Made by a program: the position numbers and the translations under genes
Notes under the pieces: generated by a model
What the model saw: only the letters and a program-made list of their open reading frames with translations
Databases searched by the model: none
What the model was told of the DNA's origin: nothing
Shown here: in pieces, positions 9,681 to 20,021 of the stretch
Layout: each line of letters begins with the position of its first letter
How positions within the stretch are numbered: position 1 is the stretch's first letter
Assembly (NCBI GenBank): GCA_014361195.1
Contig: JACIWA010000002.1
Coordinates: forward strand, 4,310 to 68,309
Reading direction: 5' to 3'
Length of the DNA: 64,000 nucleotides
Source of the DNA: Thermoplasmatales archaeon
GTDB taxonomy: Archaea > Thermoplasmatota > E2 > UBA202 > JdFR-43

Positions 9681-11167
9681 TAAAATTTTTCATCAACTTT
9701 TTCCTCTGGAATTTTTTCTTTTTCCATATTTTTTATATAATCCTCATATAGATGAATTTTTGCAGGTATTGCAAATGGGGCGCCCGGATATGTCATTATT
9801 GCCTCCCCTATTTCAAGAGTTTGTATTTCTTTCTCAAGAGCGGAGATGTCTTGCTTTGCGGAATGCTTTAATATATTTCTGTCATTTTCATCAGCAAGCC
9901 CTAAAATAAAGAAAGTGTTGAACTGGCTAAGCAAATCTTCCTTTATCAATTTTGGCTGCTGGGTTATTGCACATAGCCCTACTTTAAATTTCCTTCCTTC
10001 CCTTGCAATCTGCGCAAAAATTCCATTTTGCAAAACTCTTTGCGCCTCTTCTATTGTTATCATAACTGGTGGAATTTTTCTAAATTTTTCCTTATCCCTA
10101 AAAATATTTTTGTTATAGTATAAAATTTTCCTAGCTATTAAAACACTCACAAGTAATTCTTCATATTCATAAATGGAGGAGGTATCAATAAGAATAACCT
10201 TTCCATTATGCAACTCTTTTATTATTGCATCGGTATTGCATATATCCTCGTTTTGAGTTACTATATCTGATTCAACTATTCTTTCCGCCCTTCTTTTAAG
10301 CACGCTGAATGTTATATCCTGTATTCTTCTATTAAAAATCTCAACCAATTCCTCAATTTCTTTTTCATATAGCTCATCAAGCCATTTTTTCCTAAATTTT
10401 GAATATAGAGCATATAGAGCTTCTCTCTGCGCTTCGCTAAGCTCGAATATTTCCTCAAAATCACTAATACTTATCTCATGCGTAGCCAAAACAAGCCTAT
10501 TTTCCACGCCCCTTGCCCCCTCCGAATAAAACACCGCTCTCTTGCTCGCGAGGGGATGTTTTTTAAGTGCTTCATAATATTCGCCATGGGGATCTATTAT
10601 AAGTATGCCATATTTTCCAGATTTCATTGCGGAAGCAGTAAAAACGCGCATTAAATTACTTTTACCCATACCAGTTGTTGCAAATATCCCTATATGATAT
10701 GGAATTAAATCGCCTCTTATTCCAACCTTTACATCTATTTCATCCTCCCCGCTTCTTATTTTCCCTATTTCTATATCCCCCATATATTTCTCTATAAATT
10801 TATAATCTTCTTTATTTGCTTTTCTTACCAGGCAAAAATGTGATGGCAATTTTTTTGGCTTATGAAATTTACCATTTTTTACATAACCAAGAGGTTTGCA
10901 TACACATATCTTAAAAAGTCTTCTTTCCTTTTCCTTAAGCATATATTCCTCCGTCTTTTCATCTAATAAAAGCATGTCTCCAGCTGTTCTTAAGCTCCAT
11001 TTTTCATCACCTTCCTGCCCATATTGTATGTCTATAACTCTAAGGAAAAACAGCGAATTTTTTTCTTTATCATCCGCAATAAGAATTTCTCCTATTTTTG
11101 TATCCTGATTATAGCTTTGCCTAAAAATTATTTCTCCTATACTCTTTCCAACTATTCTTCCAATCAT
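9677..11167 (-). CDS. herA: HerA-like ATPase (FtsK/HerA superfamily, DUF87 core)
   Basis: Walker A IGIFATTGMGKSNLMRVF. Also IIDPHGEY, the Walker B-like MITIEEAQ, and ITQQP. N-terminal barrel-like segment MIGRIVGKSIGEIIF. The track ORF extends to 11239, but the start at MIGRIVG (11167) abuts the upstream gene. Confidence 0.7.
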   Translation of the reverse strand: MIGRIVGKSIGEIIFRQSYNQDTKIGEILIADDKEKNSLFFLRVIDIQYGQEGDEKWSLRTAGDMLLLDEKTEEYMLKEKERRLFKICVCKPLGYVKNGKFHKPKKLPSHFCLVRKANKEDYKFIEKYMGDIEIGKIRSGEDEIDVKVGIRGDLIPYHIGIFATTGMGKSNLMRVFTASAMKSGKYGILIIDPHGEYYEALKKHPLASKRAVFYSEGARGVENRLVLATHEISISDFEEIFELSEAQREALYALYSKFRKKWLDELYEKEIEELVEIFNRRIQDITFSVLKRRAERIVESDIVTQNEDICNTDAIIKELHNGKVILIDTSSIYEYEELLVSVLIARKILYYNKNIFRDKEKFRKIPPVMITIEEAQRVLQNGIFAQIAREGRKFKVGLCAITQQPKLIKEDLLSQFNTFFILGLADENDRNILKHSAKQDISALEKEIQTLEIGEAIMTYPGAPFAIPAKIHLYEDYIKNMEKEKIPEEKVDEKFY

Positions 11168-11168
11168 T

Positions 11169-11942
11169 TTATCCCTCCATATATTCATGATAATCATAAA
11201 ATATGTTTTCCCATTCTTCGTGGCTAATTCCTTTCTCAAAGGCTTTTTTCTGAATTAAATGTTTTAAATAAATTTCCTCATCCTTGCTTATCTTTACATG
11301 TCTATGTATATCTGCTAAGCAATATGGATAACCAAGACAGCTTATATCTTTGCACAGAGAGGATATTTCAGAAAAAATCTCATCCTCATATTTTCCAAAA
11401 TAATCTACTCTAAAAACAAATTTTGAATAAGGATAAAATTTTACCGCATATACTCCATCTTCAATCTTATAATACCAGCATTTATTCTTCATAATTTCAT
11501 CTCCAAATTTTTTTATTATGAACAATAAAGGAATTTTTCCTATCCTATAGCCACTTTTCTTGCTTATTCCAACAACTCCATCTATTTTATATTTAAGACA
11601 TCCATCAAAAATAACAATTTCATTTCCAGAAATTTCTTTTGCAATTTTATATTCCTCCTCCTCTCTTCTTAAATCATTTTCTGCGCTTGCACCATCGCCA
11701 TATATAGTATCCAGTTCTATTTCTCCTATTTTTTTCTCGATTATATTCTCTTCATTTGCTTTATTATACCCGATTCTCCTTGCAAATATTGAAAATGAAT
11801 ATGCATCAAGAATTTTAACAGAACTTCCATCTATTGAGTATGCGGTGCACCCCGCTTTTCTATTAAATTCTACAAATTTATCCCTATCTATCTCAATTTC
11901 GTTTGCGCCAAATATTGCTTCTATGATCTCTTCTGCCTTCAC
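11169..11942 (-). CDS. nurA: NurA-like nuclease (short form, RNase H-like fold)
   Basis: YSIDGSS and IVIFDGCL motifs match the NurA acidic active-site motifs. Directly upstream of, and translationally coupled with, the HerA-like gene. Confidence 0.55.
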   Translation of the reverse strand: MKAEEIIEAIFGANEIEIDRDKFVEFNRKAGCTAYSIDGSSVKILDAYSFSIFARRIGYNKANEENIIEKKIGEIELDTIYGDGASAENDLRREEEEYKIAKEISGNEIVIFDGCLKYKIDGVVGISKKSGYRIGKIPLLFIIKKFGDEIMKNKCWYYKIEDGVYAVKFYPYSKFVFRVDYFGKYEDEIFSEISSLCKDISCLGYPYCLADIHRHVKISKDEEIYLKHLIQKKAFEKGISHEEWENIFYDYHEYMEG

Positions 11943-12161
11943 GATTTGAATCGCTTATCAATTAACCATTCTGTATTCAATTATTATATCCCCGTTTTTG
12001 TCCACGAGGCGGCGCATGCTTCCTTTGGCGTAGATGCGTAAATCATTTCCGAAATTTTCTATATGAGTCCATCCCCTCATAAAATTGAAAGATACTCAAT
12101 TTATAAATCTTTTTAAATTTTCATAGGTAAAAATTTTATATTAAAATTTGATAATAGAAAT

Positions 12162-13592
12162 ATGAAATACATGGCAATATTTATCGCTGTAATATTTTTA
12201 ATTCCGTCAAACATATCTATGAAAAAAGAAGAAGAGATAAGATGGATGAAGAATGGTTATCCAGAAATAGACATTCATGAATGTAATTGCATAGGGGTTG
12301 GATTAGTGGATGGAAAAAGAGCGATAATATATAAAGAGGAAAAAAATTATTATGAAGTTGAGACATCTTCCTTATATGATTTTCTAATAATCTCTCCTGA
12401 TGCATGGCTTGATGAATTAAGTGCTCTTAGGCAACATAAGGAAAGCAATGGAATAAAAACAATTGCGGTGGGACTAAATGAAGTTTATGCTCATCCATCC
12501 GCTGTGCAGGGAAGGGATGATGCAGAGAAAATAAAATATTTCATAAAGAATGCAATTGAGGAATGGGGAATAAAATATGTAATGCTTGTAGGAGACATTT
12601 ATCACATGCCAATAAGAAATGCCTTGCATATATGGAGGGATGGAACAAAATTAAGGGAATTTCCAATTCCAACTGATTTATATTATGCAGATATTTATAG
12701 ATATGAAAATGGAAAAATTGTATTTTCATCATGGGACACAAATGGAAATGGGAAATATGGAGAGGAATATAAAGATGGATATACAAAAGGAGATATTATA
12801 GATTTATATCCAGATGTATATGTTGGTAGAATTGCCTGCGAAAATAAAGCGATAGTTAAGCATGTTGTTAATAAGATAATAAATTATGAAAGTAAAACAA
12901 AGGGCGAAGATTGGTTTAATAGAATAGTCCTTGTTGGCGGGGATACTTTCCCTGGATGGGGTGTGAGAGAAGGAGAAGTAATGAATGAAATTGTTGCCCA
13001 AATAATGAATGATTTTGAGCCATACAAAATACAATACTCTCTCGGAAATTTAAATGCGCTGGAAATTCAAAAAGCTTTGCAGAAGGGATGTGGTTTTCTC
13101 TATTATTCAGGTCATGGCTTCCCTTATGGCTGGGCAACACACGGGGAGAGCGAAGCATGGATCGGAAGATATTTTACTCCGTACATTTTTACTCTTTTCA
13201 ATGGCTACAGGTTGCCGGTGATATTTTTCGATGCCTGTTTGACCGCAAAGCTTGATTTTAATTCATCTGATTTAAGAGAAGATGGTGTACCCATCCCATT
13301 TAATGCTACCTTCCCATGTTTTGCCTGGTATTTTATACGCCATTCATATGGTGGAGCAATAGCTACTATAGGAGCAACAAGAGTTGCATTTACTGGAGTA
13401 GATGAAAATGGCCCACACTGGGGAGCAAGCTATCTAGCATATAAATTCTTTAATGAATATAGAAATACGCATATTTTAGGGGAAGTTTTTGCAAATGCTC
13501 AAATAGATTATGTTAGTTCAGTGTGGGATACCTGGACAATTGAAGAATTCATATTGCTTGGTGATCCAACCTTGAAAATTGGAGGGTATTAG
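12162..13592 (+). CDS. secreted peptidase C25 (gingipain-like cysteine protease) homolog
   Basis: Signal peptide. YVMLVGD...TDLYYAD...YPDVYVGR...YYSGHGFPYGW (His) ...VIFFDACLTAK (Cys) matches the His/Cys dyad context of family C25. Confidence 0.75.
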   Translation: MKYMAIFIAVIFLIPSNISMKKEEEIRWMKNGYPEIDIHECNCIGVGLVDGKRAIIYKEEKNYYEVETSSLYDFLIISPDAWLDELSALRQHKESNGIKTIAVGLNEVYAHPSAVQGRDDAEKIKYFIKNAIEEWGIKYVMLVGDIYHMPIRNALHIWRDGTKLREFPIPTDLYYADIYRYENGKIVFSSWDTNGNGKYGEEYKDGYTKGDIIDLYPDVYVGRIACENKAIVKHVVNKIINYESKTKGEDWFNRIVLVGGDTFPGWGVREGEVMNEIVAQIMNDFEPYKIQYSLGNLNALEIQKALQKGCGFLYYSGHGFPYGWATHGESEAWIGRYFTPYIFTLFNGYRLPVIFFDACLTAKLDFNSSDLREDGVPIPFNATFPCFAWYFIRHSYGGAIATIGATRVAFTGVDENGPHWGASYLAYKFFNEYRNTHILGEVFANAQIDYVSSVWDTWTIEEFILLGDPTLKIGGY

Positions 13593-13761
13593 ATCTATCA
13601 ATTTAAGTTTTATAATCATTTGGTGCATATTTTGATTCCAAAGAAAATTATCCAGAAATATCATTTTCTCGCTATCATTACTACCCTTACTCCAAACCTA
13701 AAAATTACTGCTTAGATCCGTCTGAAATTTTCAATTGTTACAACTATCTTCAATAAAGCAA

Positions 13762-14160
13762 TTATTCAACAATTAAATTTTCCCCCGCCTTACTCTCGCT
13801 TGCGAGCAAAAATTCCTTGCCCATGTGCAAACAGTTTACTGGACAAACATCATTGCACTGGCTACAAAAAATGCACCTCCCTATATAGATTCTAATCTTT
13901 TTCTCATTTTCTTTGAATTCAATAGCTTTTGCGGGACATACTTTTATACATGTTTTACAACCAATGCATTTTTCTTTTTCATAAATTATTTTCCCTCTGA
14001 ATCCCTCCGGCACTTCAACAGGTGGATTTATCTTTAATTTACCCTCATTTACTTTCTTAAGAAATTCTTTTACACTTTTTGGAGCATATTTTGCAGGAAA
14101 TTTATTTGTGAAAGGTTTTTCAAACATTTGCTTTATTAGCTGTTTTAGCATCGGAAACAT
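13762..14160 (-). CDS. mbhN: membrane-bound hydrogenase subunit MbhN (NuoI-like 2x[4Fe-4S] ferredoxin)
   Basis: Two CxxCxxCxxxCP motifs: CIGCKTCIKVCP and CIFCSQCNDVCP. Confidence 0.8.
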   Translation of the reverse strand: MFPMLKQLIKQMFEKPFTNKFPAKYAPKSVKEFLKKVNEGKLKINPPVEVPEGFRGKIIYEKEKCIGCKTCIKVCPAKAIEFKENEKKIRIYIGRCIFCSQCNDVCPVNCLHMGKEFLLASESKAGENLIVE

Positions 14161-14164
14161 TTTA

Positions 14165-15175
14165 TCACCATGGTAAAGATATCTTAAATTGATTGTCCCA
14201 TATAAGGAGTAACAAACCGATCAGAGATATTAATGTTATTGTTACCCAATAAGAAGTAACCACTTGGGTTATTCTCAGCCTTGCCATTCCCGCTCTTATT
14301 ATTGTAATAGAGAAAAACATCAATAAAAACACTTTAAGTAGGAAAAAGAGGAAATCTGAAATAATAGCGGAATAGCCAGAGAAGCCAACAATGTCGGAGA
14401 TATTATATGGGAAAAATATATTTACGATTAAAGATGCAATTGCAAAAATTCTAACCCCGTCCGCCATATAAAATAATGCAAGATTTCTACCAGAATATTC
14501 TACAAATACTCCTTGAGCGATTTCTGTTTCTGCTTCTGCAACATCAAAAGGAATTTTAGCGGTTTCTCCAGGAACAACGATTAGGAGGGAGATGAGAAGA
14601 ATAATTATTCCTATAAACCCAATTAATCCAACATTGTTGAATATGGGGTGCGATGAAATAAATGAAATTGTAAAAACATCACCAGAAATCTCAGATAATT
14701 TCCATGCAATTGCTACCACACTTATAGCGAGAGGAAATTCATAGGATATCATGGTTACCATCTCTCTCTGTGCGCCTATTGTTGCGAATGGTGAGCCACT
14801 AGCAAAACCACCAGCAACCATCGCAAGTGCAGGCAATATAAAGATATAAACAACTAAAATTATATCATTTTCTCCATGAAGCTGTAATTTTTCAAGTCCC
14901 GGGATAGGAATATAAAGCATTAGGAGAATGCTTGAAGCAAGGCATATTAAAGGGGCAATATTATATATCCATCTCACCGCATTCTCAGGAACAACATTTT
15001 CTTTAATCATTAATTTTGCAACATCTAGAAATGGTTGTCTTATTGGGGGACCAACTCTTTTCTGCATTCTTGCAACAATCTTGCGGTCTATACCCTTGAA
15101 GAGCAGACCAAAAAATATTGAAAGCAATCCAATTAAAATGCATCCTATAGAAATGAAAAATATTTTTTCAATCAT
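14165..15175 (-). CDS. mbhM: membrane-bound hydrogenase subunit MbhM (NuoH/EchB-like)
   Basis: GIDRKIVARMQKRVGPPIRQPFLDVAKLMIKE is the NuoH/HyfC signature. Confidence 0.85.
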   Translation of the reverse strand: MIEKIFFISIGCILIGLLSIFFGLLFKGIDRKIVARMQKRVGPPIRQPFLDVAKLMIKENVVPENAVRWIYNIAPLICLASSILLMLYIPIPGLEKLQLHGENDIILVVYIFILPALAMVAGGFASGSPFATIGAQREMVTMISYEFPLAISVVAIAWKLSEISGDVFTISFISSHPIFNNVGLIGFIGIIILLISLLIVVPGETAKIPFDVAEAETEIAQGVFVEYSGRNLALFYMADGVRIFAIASLIVNIFFPYNISDIVGFSGYSAIISDFLFFLLKVFLLMFFSITIIRAGMARLRITQVVTSYWVTITLISLIGLLLLIWDNQFKISLPW

Positions 15176-16386
15176 CTCATCATCCTCCTTGTCTTTTTCA
15201 CAGATAATTCATGTAATTGCTCCGCTGTTAAAATTCTCTCCTTTTTATCTTTTACAACAATAACTCTATTTGTGCATGACATACATGGATCGATTGATGC
15301 AGCAACAATTGGTATATCTGCAATTTGCATATCAAGCAACATAGGTCTCCATGAAAGAAGATTAATATACGTTGGTGCCCTGATTTTCCAGGAATATAGA
15401 TGCTCAAAACCACTCTTTAACTTTACATAGTGTATATCCTCGCCCCTCGGCGCCTCATATCTTGCAACCGCTTCTCCCTCGCTTTTCTTTATCTGAGCTA
15501 AGAGCTTAATAACTTTTTGCTCTGATAAAATTTCTCCTTTTGGCATTTCATCAACCGCTTTCTCTATTATATCAAGTGATTGCTTAACTTCAAGTAATCT
15601 TACAATAATTCTATCATATGTATCTCCAACTATTTCACCAGTAAGCAAATCAGGAGTTATTGCTTTAACTTCAAAATCTGGATAAGCAAAGTAGGGCATA
15701 TCTTGGCGAACATCTTTCTTTACCCCGCTTGCTCTCGCGGTTGGTCCAACAGTTGATAATTTTATTGCATCCTCTTTGCTTAGCACACCTATTTCCCTTG
15801 TCCTCATCTTTATTGTCTTATCTTCCAAAAATAATTTTGCAATTTTTTTGAAAATTTGCCTATAATATTCTATCATTTCCCTTAATTTTGGTATATGCTC
15901 TTCTTTAATATCTCTCCTAACCCCTCCATACATAATTATTGACTTTGTAACCCTATTCCCATTTATAGTTTCGAGAATATCCATAACTTTTTCCCTTACC
16001 ATCCATACATAATGAAGCAATGAATCAAAACCAAGCTCATGGGCGGCAACGCCCGCCCAGAGCAGATGGCTGTGTATTCTTTCCAGCTCCGCCTGAATTA
16101 CTCTTATATATTCCGCTCTCTCTGGTACTTCTATTCCCGCTATTTCCTCAACCGCCATAACAAGGCATGCGGGGTGACAAAAATTGCATATTCCACAAAC
16201 TCTCTCAGCAAGATATATGCTTTGCAAAGGATTATTTCTATTCATTCCTATCCATTCAACTCCTCTATGATTCTGGCTTGCAATTACATCGACATCAACT
16301 ATTTTTTCGCCCTCCAAGGTAAATTTAAGGAGGATCGGCTCTTTCAATGCGGGATGTATAGGACCAATTGGAACCTCATATTTCAT
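15172..16386 (-). CDS. mbhL: [NiFe] hydrogenase large subunit MbhL (group 4, NuoD-like)
   Basis: N-terminal RVCGICNFCH (RxCGxCxxxH) and C-terminal DPCMSCTNR (DPCxxCxxR) Ni-Fe ligand motifs are both present. Confidence 0.9.
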   Translation of the reverse strand: MKYEVPIGPIHPALKEPILLKFTLEGEKIVDVDVIASQNHRGVEWIGMNRNNPLQSIYLAERVCGICNFCHPACLVMAVEEIAGIEVPERAEYIRVIQAELERIHSHLLWAGVAAHELGFDSLLHYVWMVREKVMDILETINGNRVTKSIIMYGGVRRDIKEEHIPKLREMIEYYRQIFKKIAKLFLEDKTIKMRTREIGVLSKEDAIKLSTVGPTARASGVKKDVRQDMPYFAYPDFEVKAITPDLLTGEIVGDTYDRIIVRLLEVKQSLDIIEKAVDEMPKGEILSEQKVIKLLAQIKKSEGEAVARYEAPRGEDIHYVKLKSGFEHLYSWKIRAPTYINLLSWRPMLLDMQIADIPIVAASIDPCMSCTNRVIVVKDKKERILTAEQLHELSVKKTRRMMR

Positions 16387-16389
16387 TTT

Positions 16390-16902
16390 TCACCTCCAAT
16401 TTTCATATAGCTTATTTGTTTCTTTTGGTGAAGTTTCATCTCTTCTCCATGGATATATCCCAGGTGGAAAATCTTCTGTAAGGAACATGTGCCTTTCATC
16501 AGGTATCTCTTCTATTTCAACACCAACCATTTCCTTTATTTCTCTTTCTGAAAATATAGCGGAAGGAATAAGAGTTGTTATTGATTTAATGCGCAAATCA
16601 TCTTTTGGCAAAATAACTTTAAGAGAAACTATCTTCTCCTCAAGCTCCTTTCCATAATCAACAGTAAAATGATAGTTGAGCTCTATATCTTTGCCTAAAT
16701 CGCTTGCAGATATAATACTGAAATGTGGAAAATCAGCGGAGAAATTTATCATTAACTCTATTGCTTCCCTAATCTTCTCCCTATCAACATTTACCCATAT
16801 ACTAACTTTTTTAGCCTTCTTTTTTACTCCCGCCTCCTTTTCCTTTATTATTGTTTCATATCCATTTTCCTTAAATTTTTGAATTATCTCCTCCGCAATC
16901 AT
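16390..16902 (-). CDS. mbhK: hydrogenase subunit MbhK (NuoC-like)
   Basis: ~170-aa NuoC/30-kDa-subunit-like protein sitting between the small and large subunits. The track ORF extends to 16926; the start at MIAEE (16902) abuts mbhJ. Confidence 0.7.
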   Translation of the reverse strand: MIAEEIIQKFKENGYETIIKEKEAGVKKKAKKVSIWVNVDREKIREAIELMINFSADFPHFSIISASDLGKDIELNYHFTVDYGKELEEKIVSLKVILPKDDLRIKSITTLIPSAIFSEREIKEMVGVEIEEIPDERHMFLTEDFPPGIYPWRRDETSPKETNKLYENWR

Positions 16903-17324
16903 TCCAACCCCTCCAGATATTCCCATGCTTTCACAACCCCTTGAATTATTGCCTCAGGGCGTGGAGGGCAACCTGGTACATAAAAGCATTTTGCCTCAGG
17001 TATTATTTTTTCTATTGGTCCTGCAAGATGATATGATTCGTGAAAAACCCCTCCGCTTATTCCACAAGAACCAACAACCAAAATAACTTTTGGATCAGGA
17101 ACTTGCTCATATATTCTCTTCACTTTCGCCACCATTTCATTTGTAACCGGACCAGTGAAAGCAATTACGTCAGCATGGCGTGGGGAAGCGACGAGTTTTA
17201 TCCCAAATCTCTCGACGTCATAGCGCGGGGTAAGGGCCGCTATAATTTCAATGTCACAGCCGTTGCAGGAGCCACTATTTACATGGAAAACCCACAAAGC
17301 ACGCTTGAAAGATTTTGAAATCAT
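16899..17324 (-). CDS. mbhJ: [NiFe] hydrogenase small subunit MbhJ (NuoB-like)
   Basis: CNGCDIE...GSCGISGG...PGCPPRPE, the NuoB/small-subunit [4Fe-4S] motifs. Start placed at MISKSF. Confidence 0.85.
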   Translation of the reverse strand: MISKSFKRALWVFHVNSGSCNGCDIEIIAALTPRYDVERFGIKLVASPRHADVIAFTGPVTNEMVAKVKRIYEQVPDPKVILVVGSCGISGGVFHESYHLAGPIEKIIPEAKCFYVPGCPPRPEAIIQGVVKAWEYLEGLE

Positions 17325-17647
17325 TTTATCACCCCATATAAAAATAATGAGATAAAAATTATTGCGGTTATAAGCATAAACCAAGAGACATAGTCGTTTA
17401 TTACTCCACTGTGTATTTTTTTCATAGAGTTATAATAACCTTTGAGAGCATCGATGAAACCCCAATAAACATTACTCGCGCTTATATGCATTTTTTCTTT
17501 TGGTGCTTCCATTCCTGATAAAAATGGTTTTTCTTCCTCTCCTCCTCTGTAATCAACTCTTCCAATAGCTCTTATTATATAAACAGTTATTGTTATTATC
17601 ACGAAGGATATTATCCATATTATCGGTTCCCATACTATCTCATACAT
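17321..17647 (-). CDS. mbhI: small membrane subunit MbhI
   Basis: 108-aa, two-TM protein in the conserved position between the antiporter-like and hydrogenase modules. Confidence 0.55.
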   Translation of the reverse strand: MYEIVWEPIIWIISFVIITITVYIIRAIGRVDYRGGEEEKPFLSGMEAPKEKMHISASNVYWGFIDALKGYYNSMKKIHSGVINDYVSWFMLITAIIFISLFLYGVIK

Positions 17648-19192
17648 TTAACCACCTATAGCGCTTAAGTAACCCGCTTGTTTTGCAAGAGCCATAACCG
17701 CTGGATTAACTAAGTTATTAACAATATACTGCGGAAATAGTCCAAAGAAAATTATAACAAAAGTAAGAACACCCATTCCAATAAGCATGCTTTTTGGCAC
17801 TTCTCTAACATCGTGTATCTTTGGCCCCATAAAGGCAGAGTAAAATACTTTTACGAAAGAAGCGAGAGTTAAAATTGAAACAAGCATTGCTATTATTGAT
17901 AGTATAGGACTTATTTTATAAACTGATTCATATATTATTAGTTTTGATGCAAATCCATTAAATGGAGGTATGCCAGCTATTGCAAGAGCTCCTATTATGA
18001 AGAATACAGATGTATATTTCATTGTATGGGCGAGTCCCCCCATTTCATTCAAATTTCTTGTTTTGAGGCGATAAAATATTGCTCCAGCGGTTAAGAATAG
18101 CAACCCTTTGTACATTGCGTGATTTATTATATGGAATATTCCTCCTTCCATAGCCTTTATTCCATATATTTCAAATTCTGGTTTCCCGAGCAAATAAAAG
18201 CCTGCTCCAACCCCAAGAAGCATATAGCCGGTTTGACTTATTGCGTGGTAGGCCATAAGTCTTTTTATATCTTTTTGAGGAATTGCCATTGTTACACCAA
18301 CAAACATTGATAGTAATCCAAAGATAATCAATATCCCTCCTATCAGTTGTGAATCCAATTTAAGGCCATAAAGAGTGAAGCAAACTCTGAACAATGCATA
18401 TAAGCTAGCTTGGCTACCCGCAACAAGTGTGGCGGTTATAGATGAAGGAGCAACAGAATAAGCATCAGGGCACCAGAAATGCATTGGAACTGAACCACAT
18501 TTCATTGCAAATGCGGAAACAAGCAATGCAAGAGCTATTTTATCAATATGAGTATATTTGATATTTTTGGCAAGATACGCTATATTCAATAAATCATATT
18601 CTCCATAAAATAGAGCAACCGAGAAGAGGATGAATAAAGCGGATATACTTGATATAACCAGAAACTTAAATGCTCCTTCACTTGCCTCTCCCTTCCTGCT
18701 ATATACAATAAGAGCGGCGGATGCTATTGAAAGAATTTCATAGAAAACAAACAGGTTAAAAATGTCTCCAGTAAATTCCATGCCAAGCATTCCAACCAAA
18801 ATTAGTAAAAGAAGGGTGTAGAATTTTCCCTTTCCCCTTCCTTCTTCTATATATGCAAGCGAATAAATACACGCGGAAAGGCAAACAGTTGCACTTATTA
18901 TCCCCATAAATATACCCATTGCATCTATCTGCAATACTATTCTTATTGGCACCACCGCCTGGGTTGGAATGGTTTGGAGTGGATTTCTTTCCCCTATAGC
19001 ATATACATGCATTCCATTTTTTAAAATATCTAAGGCGAGTATTATGACTAAAATCTCTACAATTATAAAAATAATGACTGCAAAAAAATTTCTTGCTTTT
19101 TTACTTATTTTGTCTATCAGAGGCATTAAAAAAGCGGATAGCAAGGGAAGAAGTATAAGCAAGGCGGGTGAATGGGTTATAAGCCAGTTCAT
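17648..19192 (-). CDS. mbhH: MbhH (MnhD/NuoL-like proton/sodium-translocating antiporter subunit)
   Basis: 514-aa polytopic protein with a NuoL/MnhD-type proton-conducting membrane transporter core. Confidence 0.85.
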   Translation of the reverse strand: MNWLITHSPALLILLPLLSAFLMPLIDKISKKARNFFAVIIFIIVEILVIILALDILKNGMHVYAIGERNPLQTIPTQAVVPIRIVLQIDAMGIFMGIISATVCLSACIYSLAYIEEGRGKGKFYTLLLLILVGMLGMEFTGDIFNLFVFYEILSIASAALIVYSRKGEASEGAFKFLVISSISALFILFSVALFYGEYDLLNIAYLAKNIKYTHIDKIALALLVSAFAMKCGSVPMHFWCPDAYSVAPSSITATLVAGSQASLYALFRVCFTLYGLKLDSQLIGGILIIFGLLSMFVGVTMAIPQKDIKRLMAYHAISQTGYMLLGVGAGFYLLGKPEFEIYGIKAMEGGIFHIINHAMYKGLLFLTAGAIFYRLKTRNLNEMGGLAHTMKYTSVFFIIGALAIAGIPPFNGFASKLIIYESVYKISPILSIIAMLVSILTLASFVKVFYSAFMGPKIHDVREVPKSMLIGMGVLTFVIIFFGLFPQYIVNNLVNPAVMALAKQAGYLSAIGG

Positions 19193-19557
19193 TCTCTCAA
19201 CCTCCTTACTTCTTTTGCATCTAATGTTCCATACTCCTTATATATCTTAATTATGAATGCTAAAATAAGAGCAAGAACTGCTACTCCTATAACAATGCTT
19301 GTTAGAGTTAATGCTTGAGGAACTGGCATAACCATTTTTTCTGGTATATCTGCGGGAGTTATATCAGGGGGCAAATTTGTAAAGATGGGAGCAATTCCTC
19401 CTTCTCTATATCCGAGAGTTATTAAAAATAGGTTAACCCCGCTCTCAATTATTGTTATCCCTATTGCAATTTTCATAAGATTTCTTCTGAAAACAACCGC
19501 ATACATTCCTATTGCAATCAGTGCAACCACTGTGAGAAATGGAATATTGTATATCAC
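19189..19557 (-). CDS. mbhG: MbhG (MnhC/NuoK-like)
   Basis: MIYNIPFLTVVALIAIGMYAVVFRRNLMKIAIGITIIESGVNLFLI matches the MnhC/NuoK family. Confidence 0.8.
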   Translation of the reverse strand: MIYNIPFLTVVALIAIGMYAVVFRRNLMKIAIGITIIESGVNLFLITLGYREGGIAPIFTNLPPDITPADIPEKMVMPVPQALTLTSIVIGVAVLALILAFIIKIYKEYGTLDAKEVRRLRE

Positions 19558-20021
19558 TCTTCCACCTCCTTTACTGCGAGGGCAATTATGATTAAGACAG
19601 AAGATAATCCTCCTATGACCTTCATTCCAACCGCTATATTCAAAATAGGAAGAATTCCCCCGCTGTTTAAAGGAGCCTCACCCCATGAAGGTATTTTTCC
19701 AAAAATTTCCTCACCAACAAGAAAATTCGTCAAAAATGTTGCTGAAAGGAAAATTCCGATTAAGCTAACCAGAACAAAAATGATTCCCCCTATGCTCTCA
19801 AAAAGAGATATTTTTTCCTCGTCACTCTTTTTCTCAACATATCTAATTCCAAATGCAACGATAAGAAGCGCAATAGCTGATGCTCCTACTGCCCCTCCTT
19901 GAAAGCCCCCGCCCGGCGTGAGGTGGCCATGCATTATTACATAAAAGGAAAATATCATTGCTATTGGAAACAGGAAGCCAGCAATGGTTTTTACAATAAC
20001 GGACATTTCTCCTTTATTCAT
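19554..20021 (-). CDS. mbhF: MbhF (MnhB-like)
   Basis: HGHLTPGGGFQGGAVGASAIALLIV, the MnhB domain signature. Confidence 0.8.
   Translation of the reverse strand: MNKGEMSVIVKTIAGFLFPIAMIFSFYVIMHGHLTPGGGFQGGAVGASAIALLIVAFGIRYVEKKSDEEKISLFESIGGIIFVLVSLIGIFLSATFLTNFLVGEEIFGKIPSWGEAPLNSGGILPILNIAVGMKVIGGLSSVLIIIALAVKEVEE

Noticed and set aside
15172-16386. Possibility that the cluster is the sulfane-reducing Mbs/Mbx rather than the Mbh hydrogenase
   Set aside because: Both Ni-Fe cysteine pairs (RxCGxCxxxH and DPCxxCxxR) are intact in the large subunit, which argues for a hydrogenase.
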